Under the pieces are notes generated by a model. The model saw nothing but the letters and a program-made list of their open reading frames with translations. It was not told the origin of the DNA and searched no databases. Made by a program: the position numbers and the translations under genes. Positions 49,432 to 61,088 of a stretch of 64,000 bases of DNA are shown here, one piece after another (position 1 is the stretch's first letter; each line of letters starts with the position of its first letter). Origin of the DNA: Marsupella aquatica (lineage: Eukaryota; Plantae; Marchantiophyta); NCBI GenBank assembly GCA_973895155.1, contig OZ316891.1:15841037-15905036 (forward strand), written 5' to 3'.

Positions 49432-49714
49432 ATGGCATCTCAAATCTTGGTGAAAGATTTGTATGCATTGTTTGGTCTGCCCCCTCACCAACTTGGAAGA
49501 TATATCTTTGCGGTGGATAGGGAAAGGAGAATAGGTTTGGAAAATCTTTCAGGGCTCTCTAGGTCCATAGTTTCTTTGAGGACATAGTTGTCCTCTTCTG
49601 AGCAATCTCTTTTGGTTGCTCTTTTCTTTGATTGCATTGTACTTTACTTTTTGTGGCAGCTCCTTTGACTTTCATGGTCCCGGAGCTTATAATACATTAC
49701 CATTACCATTACCA
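49432..49714 (+). mobile_element. Short family A LINE 3' end
   Basis: Runs from ATGGCATCTCAAATCTTGG to the (CCATTA)n tail. Confidence 0.9.
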
Positions 49715-49739
49715 ATATGTGTCACGATTCTGCAGATTC

Positions 49740-52133
49740 TTATTCGGAACCAGAATCTGTACTCTCGGATTTTTCCATGAATACAGCCTCATCATCTACG
49801 TACTGGCTGCGGGAGAAATCATCAACGTAAGGATGTTTAATGAACTTCTTGTCAACACCCCTTCGTAACCGAAGACCTTTGTTTTCCCAACAAAGAGTCC
49901 TTATACTCTCGGCTTTCCTTGCGGCTTTCTCTGCATAGGAGGGAAGAACAAAAGGTTTTTCTGGCATTTCTATGTTGTGTCTAGCAACCCTCCTCTGCAG
50001 TTTGAAACGTCTCCTTGCATTCCGTTTTGACCTGATGAAACGAAATCCAGCAAGTTAGGTGCCTTTCTCCAAAACAACACAGAAATGTTATAAATTGATG
50101 GGAATGGAGAAAGAAGCTTACGAGTTTATGAACATTACTCGGAAGAGTCATCACTATCGGTTTCATCTGGAGATCCACGAGGTTCTTCCTTTTCCTCCTC
50201 CGAGTCCCCTGTACCTTGTTCCTCTCCACCTCCACCTTCACTGGACTCATCATCAGAATCAAAATTGAGTACTGACCGAAGCTTATCTGGCTTCTTCCTG
50301 TCGGCAATAGGAACAGGTGGAGGTAAAACCACAATCTCTTTGGGAGACAACAAATCCATGAAAACCTTCGAAGCGGTTTCAATAAATTCTTTTCTATGTT
50401 CTATCCCAAGCACAAACCTCCCGGAGAAGTCTCCAACTGTGAAGGAGCTTCCAGCCCCAGCGGTCCAATCCATAAAAATATCATGAGGTCGGGTGACAAG
50501 CTCGATGACAGATTGCATAAACCCGGAATTTAGGGTCTTTGGGAATTTTACATTTCCCATTAATTCGACCAAATATGTCCAACCTGAGGGTAAACATCTG
50601 CGGAAAGCAATCCCAAGTGTCAGTTGGAAACTCCAGGTTAAACGAGTTATAACTCAAAACGTGATATAGTTAAGAGTAGATAATTACCTGATGGTCTGTC
50701 TTTGCCGCGTACATCGGGACAGACATTACAACATTATTCGTGCATATGCACTGAAATTTTCTCGACTCTTGACATGCAGCAATGACTTGAGACATGGGAT
50801 CGTACTCCCCATTGTGTAGAATTGCAAGGAATCCATCATCTGATAGAAATGGATCCATGGACTTGAAAAAAATCTAGCCATAGAGTGATCTGGAGTGTTC
50901 CATTTAGGAACCTTCTTATCTATGATCGTTGGTTTGAACCCGGTCAATAGATAAATGAAACCCGCATCCACTCCAAACGATCTTTCTTTTCCTCCCTGCA
51001 CAACACCCTTCTCTTTATATCCCGACTTAACGAGATCCTTCCCCCACTTCTCCACATTACTAACCCATTCAAGTTTTTCCCCCTTGTTGAAAGTCGAGTC
51101 AAAAAATTTGGATATGCTTGTCTCAACCACGGCATGACGAGACACTCTAGTTTTGAAGTTTCCAACTTCATGTTGGACACCAGATGCTGCAACACTCTCC
51201 CTTGAACCTTCGATAGCTCTCTTTCGTTTCTTCCTGGTACTTGTGGCGTCGTCCGGAACTATTACCTTCCCCTTGTCGACAGGAGTAATGGGGTCCGATC
51301 GGGCTCCGGTGTTTGCCTCAGAAACTTCAGGTGTAGCATCCACTTTAGTATCTCCTATTCCCGCTGTATTAGACTTCCTCCCTCCTAAATTATCAATAGG
51401 TCCTAGTTAGAACAAGTAAATCCCGAGTATTCAAACAAGCTAGCGCCAGGCGCTAACCAAATGCAAATCACTTAGGTTTCTACAATGGCCAAAGAATGTA
51501 GAAAGAAATGTGAATTCGCATGACAGTTCAAGCCAGCGCCAGGCGCTGGCCAAACTATGGAACACTATACTCACTTTTCCTCCCAGATTTCGTTGACTCG
51601 CTTGGTGCTGCTAACTTCGCTTTTGCTTTCGCTCGAGGTTTGTGACTTTGGTCCACATGAACAATAGTAGTTTCACAGATACTTTGCAAGTCAGTGGCAG
51701 ACTTGTCTACATCGTCTAGCAGGCCCTCTTCATGTTGGACACAACTTTTGCTGGTATGTGGGACTTTGAAAGCTTATGGAATGCATCTTTCTCCCTTTGA
51801 TCAAAAGGAGAATCCCATCTATCTGTATCTAGATACCAGGGGCAATGAGTTCTCTCCCATTCTGTCATAGGTCTCGGAGGAAATATGCCCTCCGCTGGGT
51901 ACATGGAGTACAAATCAGCTATGGCGTCATCCTCACTTATTGTAATCCACTTCATGAAAGCTGCAGGATATGCCCAGAAGTAATCAGGTTTGGTTACCTC
52001 CATGTGCATGTAGAACCTGTAAAGATACCTTTTAGCCCGCTTCTGGTTTTTCTGGGTATAGTCTTCTTTGTCTGGATACTTTGAAGGCCACATAGTGTGA
52101 AAGAACTTACTCTTCACAGAATCACCATATTGA
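49740..52133 (-). pseudogene. 3' exons of the ParB-MTase-like fusion gene, family 1 copy B
   Basis: Collinear homology with 24500-26875 (RAKRYLYRFY, HCPWYL, GFIYLLTG..VPKWN, LSDDGFLAILH). MTase-like FMQSVIELVTRPHDIFMDWTAGAGSSFTVGDFSGRFVLGIE. Confidence 0.72.
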
Positions 52134-55100
52134 GCATGCAAGAGTCAGCAACTGCAAAATATCAGGCCTTGTTGAGGAGGAGAAGGAAGACACCAAGAAG
52201 GTAGCAATTTCATTCTTCCAATCTCAGATGAAAGTGCATGACCCTATCATTTTGCAAGCATATAAGATTGGGCAAAAGAAGGGGGACCTTCCACGTCCAA
52301 TCTTGGTGAAGTTTGCAGCTGAATCCGAGAAAGCTAGAGTGATGGCTAACAGGAGCATGCTTAAAGGGCTAAGGATTTGGTTGGATGATGATCTGACTCC
52401 CACACAAGTCCAAGCAAGGAAAATTGAGCTTGAGAAGGTGAGGGTAGCCAAAGACCAAGGATTGGTAGCCTACTTGCGCAATGGACAAGCTGTTGTTACC
52501 AATAAGAAGAGAGTTGTTTCTAAATGATGGATCGGGACCTTGAGAGTCATGGCATGGAATGTTTCAGGACTTTCCATAGAAACAGCAATTGGAGGGGAAC
52601 CTTTGTTTGAGAATTTTGACATCTTGCTTTTCACGGAGACTTGGGAATATGAGGGAAATGCTCTACCTAGCATTAAAGGCTTTACTTGCATACAATCCAT
52701 CTTCAATGAGAAGAAGACCACACGGGGAAGAGGGTTTGGAGGCATTGTTGTCTACACCAAGAATCAACTTCAACACATCACCTCTATTGAGCATGAAGAT
52801 CCCAGCAAGCAGTTCATGGTGGTGAGACTTCATACCAGAGGTACTCCATCATTTCTGATTGTCACCTACTTTGCTCCCCTTAATATGAATGTCTATAAGA
52901 TGGGAATTGCTGATGCACATTATCCATTTCATAGGTTAATCCAAGTCATTCATGATATATCACCACTAGGGGAGACATGGATAGTGGGGGACTTTAATGC
53001 CAGGGTATCTAATGAACAATTTACTGAAAGTGAGGACTTAGGAACTTTACCTTGGTCATCATGTAGTGAAGAGCTACCTTGGGTGAGAGAGGCTCTTGAC
53101 ACCAGAACAAATGACATGACACGTCACTTTTTGCATTTGGGAGCTTCTTGTAATCTAAGAATATTGAATGGGCTTGAGAGATTTCCCCAATCATCTGGTT
53201 ACACTTTTAGATCTAAACAAGGATGTAGTACCATTGATTACCTTCTTGCCACACCTACCTCTGCCACTAGAGTGGTTGACTTTCAAATACTTGATCAACA
53301 ACCAGAGTCTTCACACTTGCCTTTGTTGTTCCATCTTGACCTGACCACAATCCCAAACAAAGTGCATAGAAAGCCAGTACCCAAACCTCTGTTTCTAGAC
53401 CCTGATAGAGAAGTCATCTTCAAAGCCAACTTTGACCATCTTCTCCATACCCTGGATGATCAGATTGAGCTCTCAGAAGTCATAGCACAAGCAGCAGCCT
53501 CTACTTTCTCCACCAAACCCCCTAGAAAGCAAAACATGAAGGCTTGGTTTGACGAGGATTGTGCTAGAGCAAGGATGCAAGCAAGATCACATTCAGGGGA
53601 AAAGAGACTTTTGGCATTCACTATGTACAAGAACTTCATCAAACACAAGAAGAGGTGCTTCTTGAAGAGTCATCAACAATCACTATGTGAGGAGTTCATC
53701 AAACATCCAAAACGTTTTTGGGAGAGAATGCAATCAGGCAAGACTACTCCCCCCTTGGATCACCAGGACCTGGTAACCTATGTCACATCCTTGTATTTCT
53801 TTCCAGATGCTAGTGGCATGCCTTTGCCCCTTGGGGACACCATTCAGTTTACAGAGAGGGAGGTGAAGGTGCATCTTTCCCACATGCAACATGGGAAAGC
53901 TAAAGATCTGTTGGGCCTGAATTTGGAGCTTCTTTTGTGGGGAGGACCCTCTTTACTAACAAACTTGGTGCATGAGCTGAATCATGTTTGGGCATTGGCA
54001 CACGACAAAATCCAGAGCTCTACTTCCAAGGGAATCTGGTGGAATTTGTGAGGACCTACAAATACCTTGGGGTGGAGTTCTCTCAAAACTTGAGTTGGGC
54101 CTCATGTGTAAAATCTAGGGCTGCCAATGGGTACAGAGCTTTTTATGCATTCATGAACAAATGCAAAAGAGCTGGTCTACACACTTGGAGGTTAAGGAAA
54201 CATCTCTTTGGAGCTTTGGTGAAACCAGTCATTCTTTATGGAGCACCAATTTGGGGAGCAGGTGTGTCTAAATCTGGGTGGCAACAGATTGAGGGGCTGC
54301 AAAAGCTATTTCTTGAGATGGAGCTTGGGATCAAGTCACAAACCCCATATACACTTACACTTGCAGAGGCAGGCTTGTTTCCTTTGGAGGTGGAGGCACT
54401 CTTCCACACACTCAAATACATCATGCGTGTAAGAGAGTTGGAGGAAAACAGATTTCCTTTTCATGCCTTGCGCTCATCTTCAGCTAAAGGGTGGTATGCA
54501 GATGTGTGCAGGTGGGCCCATGCTTGGGATTTTCCTGAACATGAATGGCCAACACACCCAACCAAGCTAAGAGCAAAACTTGAGCAAAAGGCTTTGCACA
54601 AACTTTGGCATGAACCTAGCCCACGGCAGCAATACTACATGAGAGATGTGAACCCCATGAAGAAATATCGAGAACAAGAATACTTGTCTAGCACTATCTC
54701 AGTACAACTTAGACAACTTATTGCTTAGTATAGACTAAGCTCACACCACCTTGAAGTAGAACAAGGGAGATGGAAGGATATTGACAGGAAAAAGAGGGTT
54801 TGTCAACTATGTGATAGCTCTAGTACAGAGAATGAATATCATGTATTCATTGCTTGCAAGTTTTATGAGGGGGTTAGGATGGCATCTCAAATCTTGGTGA
54901 AAGATTTGTATGCATTGTTTGGTCTGCCCCCTCACCAACTTGGAAGATATATCTTTGCGGTGGATAGGGAAAGGAGAATAGGTTTGGAAAATCTTTCAGG
55001 GCTCTCTAGGTCCATAGTTTCTTTGAGGACATAGTTGTCCTCTTCTGAGCAATCTCTTTTGGTTGCTCTTTTCTTTGATTGCATTGTACTTTACTTTTTG

Positions 55101-55158
55101 TGGCAGCTCCTTTGACTTTCATGGTCCCGGAGCTTATAATACATTACCATTACCATTA
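52133..55158 (+). mobile_element. Family A LINE with partial ORF1, APE domain and the same RT-core deletion as 46999-48698
   Basis: ORF1 52228-52527 (PRPILVKF); ORF2 from 52540; deletion junction about 53984; premature TAG at 54726; tail to about 55158. Confidence 0.92.
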
Positions 55159-55827
55159 TTTTGGATTGTCAGGGTTCTCCTCGGTAACAAGCATCCATGA
55201 GTACAGTCTGTGATTTCCATCAAAGACAGAGAACATCTTATCCTTCAACACGAGAAAATCTGGGTCAGCCTCGCATTCAGCCTCAAACTTCTCGTTCTCC
55301 AATTGCCAAATTGGATCCCATGACTCACGAATCTCCTGGGTATAGGTCAGAACAATTCCATTCTCATCCGTTGGCTGCACATAGAAACGCATTCCTATGG
55401 ATGAATTGTAACCCATACTGCTAAACGAGTCTTTCAGCTTCTCGATGGAAGAGCTATCTTTCTGCAAAGTACGAACCACCTCCATGTGAACCAATAGGCA
55501 TAGAGGGATTTGAGGCGGCTCCTTGTCAAATCCATGAGAATCCTTTCCAAAACACATTACATGTTTTGAGATGAGATCAGTCTCCGCAAGTGCGCAGTCC
55601 GAAACATCTTGGATCGCAATCGTGTTGAGGTTCTCCATCTTTCTACGTAGAGATTTAGGAACCAAAATAGCGCTAACAGAAGTAGGAGGCAGCAACTTTG
55701 TGGAATGAGTTACACAACGTGTATAAACTGAACCAGTAAATGAAGACTGCAAGGATTCAGAATAAGCTCGGTCTTGGTCAGGAACAACACTATACCCTCT
55801 GGATGAAGAGGGGAATACCTCCATCAT
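55159..55827 (-). pseudogene. ParB/Srx-like 5' exon of the fusion gene, family 1 copy B
   Basis: ORF 55156-55860 contains FDGNHRLYSW and is an inverted near-copy of 5563-6265. Confidence 0.75.
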
Positions 55828-56536
55828 CTTCCTTCCAGAAGCGTACGAACTATTGTACAATGAAATTATGGAACTCTAATCAACTCTTAACGTGTAATAT
55901 ATTCTAGAAGGAGGGTGCAGTTCAGCGGAACTCTTTGATTAAAGGGAGAAGCTCGTAAGTTTGGCGGATTCCAACGTATGTATACGAAGATCTTAATTAG
56001 CTAAATCAAGCGGTAGAAGAGGCATAACACACACAAAACTCAGAAGTTACCGTTAAATGTTACCGTTATGACCGTTTTCCTCCCTCACTTGGAATACTAG
56101 CATCGGGCGCTATTATAAACACCTTCCCTTGAAGTAGATAATTGGGATGTTTGTCATGGCAGCACCCGGCGCTAGTAAAAACATTAGCTATAGAATAGGT
56201 CTGAAATGGCGGCTCCTGTAAATAAATTTTGTCAAAACAACCCCATATTTAGAGAAATGTGTATTGTTTTAATGGTTTTGGGGAAACATTACTTGCATCC
56301 TATACTAGCGCCTGGCGCTAGTGATAACGAGTATTTTCCATCCATAGTTCTACAAGAATTCACATTTTCATTGATCATTTAAATCCAATTATTTCATAGT
56401 ATTGATGGATATCTGGAGGGTTTTTCGTACACTAGCGCCAGGCGCTAGTATGGAATATTGAGATTTGGGGCATATTATGTTTGAGATATTTTAGTTAGCG
56501 CCAGGCGCTACTCAAATTGTTCCAACTATACAATAT

Positions 56537-57960
56537 GGTTCCTAGCACACTTGGTGTGATCCAAGGCTGCCCACTATCTCCAACGCTCTTTGGGGTCTTC
56601 ATTGACCAGCTACATGATTTGCTAGAGGAGATGGGAGGCGTAGGTTCTCAGTTGGGAACACTGGCCATCCAACTTCTTATATTTGCAGATGATGTGGTGC
56701 TTCTAGCTCACTCCCAATCTGATTTGCAACATCTTCTAGCCCTAGGGCATTTTTGCAAACAATCAGGCATGCAGGTCAACATGAGGAAGACCAAGTGCCT
56801 TGTACTTGGTACAAAGCAAGAGCTTTCTCTCTATTTTGCAGGTGAAAAGGTGGAGATGGTGACCTCTTACAAGTATCTTGGGGTGGAGTTTTCTCGAAGC
56901 ATGAGTTGGGCTACATGTGTGACGCATAGGGTGGCTCATGGTTACAAGGCCTTCTACAGCATGGTTCAAAAGTGCAAGGGAGCAAGCCTTTCCACTTGGA
57001 AGTTGAAGAAACAACTCTTCAATTCCTTGGTAAGGCCTGTTATTCTTTATGGGGTGCAAGTATGGGGCCCTTGTACTTCTCAATCTTGTTGGAAAAAGGT
57101 AGAGGCTATCCAAAAGCTTTTCTTGGAGATGGAGCTTGGAGTGAAAACCCAAACCCCACACCCCTTGTTATTGGTTGAGGTAGGTCTTCTACCATTGGAG
57201 GTTGAAGCTCTCTATCACACTCTTCAATATGCTAGGAGAGTGGAGGCATTGAATGATTCTAGACTACCTACGCAAGCCTTTCACATATCTAGAGCTTTTG
57301 GTTGGTATGCTGATGTATGTAGCTGGGCCCAATCATGGGACTTATCTGAGCATGAGTGGCATACTCAACCAAAGAAGCTTTGGTCACTCTTGCGTGATAA
57401 AGCTATTAGAAAACTTTGGAGTGATCCTAGCCCTAGATTATAGTATTTTATGAGGGATGTAAACCCCATGATGTTGTATGAAGAACAAGAGTATCTTAGA
57501 GCTCCCATTTCTATGAGGTTGAGACAAGTGATTGCTAGATATAGACTCAGCTCACATCACTTGGAGGTAGAGGAGGGTAGATGGAAGGGAATTAGGAGGC
57601 AGAATAGGGTGTGTAGACTTTGTGATAGTGGCAGCATTGAGAATGAATATCATGTATTCATTAGCATGTAGACGGTATGAGGAGGTTTGAATAGCACATC
57701 AAATCCTTGTTTCTGATCTGCATGATCTATTTAGGTTGCCACCAAAGCAACTTGGATTGTATATCATGGCAGTGGATAGGAAACGATGTGATAGCATTAC
57801 ACATTAGTGACTCTTAAGGTCCTTAGTTTGTTATTAGTGAGGATGTAGAGATCCTCACATGAGCATTTGACTCATTTCTTTGCTTTGTATTTGGATTTTT
57901 TGCCATAGCTCCCTTGACTCATTGGGTCGTCATGGAGCTTAGAATTTGACTTTGACTTTG
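56537..57960 (+). mobile_element. 5'-truncated sister LINE (family B) with (TTTGAC)n tail
   Basis: RT C-terminal half homologous to but diverged from family A (GVIQGCPLSP, IFADD). The empty site CAATATCTTAGAG is present in the inverted copy at about 4880-4892. Confidence 0.9.
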
Positions 57961-58212
57961 ATCTTAGAGTCTGTTAAAGATTTTTGTGGTGTCTTTTTTG
58001 GCATTATGTATGCGTCTGACATCCGGACTTATCGGGGAAAAACGACAAAATTCATTTATGGCGCCAACGGATCCTATGTCGACTATGTTTTATGTCTTAT
58101 ACAAAGGGATCTGTTTACGTGAAGTTCCCAGGTTCGACTGATACAAGCTCCATATTACCATAGACTTTTCTTCCTCGAAACATTACAGCCCTTGTTATTT
58201 GTTTTTGATTGC

Positions 58213-61066
58213 AATGTCTCGGTCCATCGTTCTATCCTGATTCGGGATTGGGGATATTGTGACCATCCCCGTCCCTGTGGAAGACACCTACAAGCAGGTC
58301 CGGGAGAGATACCTTTGCGGGAGATTTGATTTGAAGATGAATGATATTGAGGCCATTGTTCAAGAGCTCAAAACCAGTGATGACATTGAAGATGCAGCAA
58401 CATTCAATGTGGATGATGGTGAACGGTTTTGGCATCTATACGCGGGGATTTTGTACTCACTTCGAGTAAGACAACATGAAGGACCGTCTAGTGTCCCCCA
58501 AGTTCCATTTGGTGTTGTCAAGATTTCTTCTAGTGAAGATGGAGATCAAACTCCAAGTCCTACGTTGAAAATGAAAGTCCCGCAACATGCTGTCATTAAG
58601 TGAGACTCCAGGAAGCTCCAACCAGTTGGAGGTCGTGTATCGGCGCAGTTTGATGGATACGTTACTCAAATCCACTGGTCATAGCGAGTTATCGAGGTTC
58701 ATATCAGCGGGTGATTTCAAACATGAGCAAGTTTCTTGTCTGCCAACTAAGTATAATGGGAACATCGTGTTTGAATTGCCACCAATTGACAAGATGCTCT
58801 CTAAAGGCTCTAGGCTTAGGGACATGGACCGTGCCAAAGATTGCTACATTTGGACACGCATATTTCCAACTACCGCAAACGTTCAGCCAAAAAAACTTTG
58901 GCAATTCGGTAAGGTTACCTATACGGGATTCATTGAATGTCGGAACAAGTCCTGCGAGTACTTCCAAAGGAAAAAGAAGGCAAATGCTAAGGCATGGCAG
59001 GGTACTCCAAAGCTTAGTGGTCAGTATGCTGTCGGATCTTTTATCAAAGAGGGCGGTGTTGTATGTCATTATTGTGATCAGATTCCTTTTTGTGTCAAGT
59101 ACTGCCCTGCCCATTTGTTCTATATGTACCTGCAAGTATTACTTGATGCGGAAACATGTAGTCATATGTCCCGCCTGGCAATTCATATAGGTGATCATAA
59201 CCATCCAGGTAGAAAAACCTTATGTAGGAGTGCGGAGAAGATGGCTGAGGATTTAATTAAAAAAAATCATGAAGCCAATCCTCTGGAAAAACCAGCTGGG
59301 ATCTTGAATTCTGCTACAGGGTCCATAGTGAAAGCTCTCTGCAAACATGTTGACGACATGGTCGATATCAAAGAAACTGAAATATGGAAGTCTCTGATGG
59401 TACTTTCCACTACCCAGAAGTTTGCATCTCTTTGTCGGAGAGTTAGGATAGACCAAAAGGGTCGGGGTGAACTTGATTTTCTCTCGCAAATGCAGAAGAA
59501 GATTAACCTGTCGTTTCTCCAGAGGTATTTACTCCCGGGTCAGGGATGTCAAGACGACAGGCCTCACATCTTTAAAATGACCACGAAGGGTCACGGTTCC
59601 GGTGTGGATCTTTTGAGACAGATGCAACCTGGTGGAAGACTCGAAGGAGCCTGGGTCAGTTTCGATGTGATGCAGCGTATCACAACCGATTGGTTTACTT
59701 TTAGCATGCATGTCTACGACCATAACTTCCGTGCACTTTGTTCAATTTTTCACATGCGAGTTGAAAGGTGAAGACACTGAGTCTTTCAAAAAGGCTTGGA
59801 GAGTTATGATTGAGGTTTGCAAGGAGAATGGATTACAGGAGGTTGTCATCCAAGGGTTTATGGCGGACAATGCACAAGCTGGATGGAATGTTGTGCGGAA
59901 TGTTTTTTTTGGTGGACACCTAGACCCGGAGAGGGAGCGCTCTGATGCATTTCACTTTTATCAATCTTTCCATCGGCATTCCAAGGAAGGAGTACTCGAA
60001 GAATGTCAATCGGAACATTGGAGACTTTGGGAGAAACTAAGAAACGCTCCAACGTTTGTGGTAGCGTATCACGTGTCCCAAGAGATTGTGGTTTGGTGGC
60101 AATCAGGAAACTGTGTCCCTGGAAAGCTCATGATGCTACAAATCCTGGTGGGTTGTTCGATGGCGCCAGTGGGACAATTTTATTTGAGTGGTATGACATC
60201 CATCTCCTCTCTTGTCTTTCATTTCCATCAACTTTATATTAGCGCCAGGCGCTGGTATGATTTGCTCGTATTTGAGTCCAACATGTCCACAAAGTTCCAG
60301 AATCATAATTGCAATTGTATTTCACGTATGTTATAAATACTTGTTGGTGCCAGCGCCGGGCGCTGGTAATACAATGCTAGTACTGATTATTGCATTCGGG
60401 CTATGGCAGAGCAAAAGCGCAGAAGAAGGTGCCTTGATTCCCAACTGTACAGGGTCAGAATCAAGGCATGCGTCTATGAAAGCCTGGGCTACAAAGAAAA
60501 AAGTTGGTCTTTTTGAAGCATGCAAAGTGGACCAAAATCGAGCCCTGTCTCAAGTTGCGGGATACAATGCATATCAAAAAGGGTTGAACAGAGGAAAGGG
60601 ACCGACTATATGGGAATTGGCGTTCTGTTCCACCGATCAAGCAGGTTCGCCGAGGTTATTTGAAGATGCGACCAACATGCTTCTTTCCAACGCGGCGGAC
60701 TTCGATTTGGAAAGAAGTACTCCCCTTAACGGAGATATCGTGACCAAGTCAATGAAGAGAAAGGGACATGCAACTGGGACTGTCTCTCCACAAGACTCCC
60801 ATCGGCATGCCATAGTTCTCATAACCACACCAAATACTCGTGGTTTGAAAAGGAAAAACCTAAACACAACTGACTTTGCCTCCATTCCCTCAAATTCTAA
60901 TGATCCTGTGACAAGAGTGGTGAATCTCTCTGGTATGGACACATCAGATGGTGATACTGATTCACTGGACAATACCCCTCAAACAACCCATACAACAAAT
61001 CCACAAAACTTCCGCTCAGTGCACCAGCCTCACTTCAGAATCCACTTCCACGCACGATTGTGCTAG
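58213..61066 (+). pseudogene. GCM/WRKY-finger MULE-like DDE transposase, family 1 copy B (frameshifted, 3' end cut by a LINE)
   Basis: CRNKSC..CHYC..CPAH..HIGDHNHP; WVSFDVM (D1); FMADNAQAGWNVVRNVF (D2); ERSDAFHFYQS; NCTGSESRHASMK (E). Probable intron about 60191-60409. Confidence 0.78.
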
Positions 61067-61088
61067 AGAAGGATGTCCCTCTGGGGCA

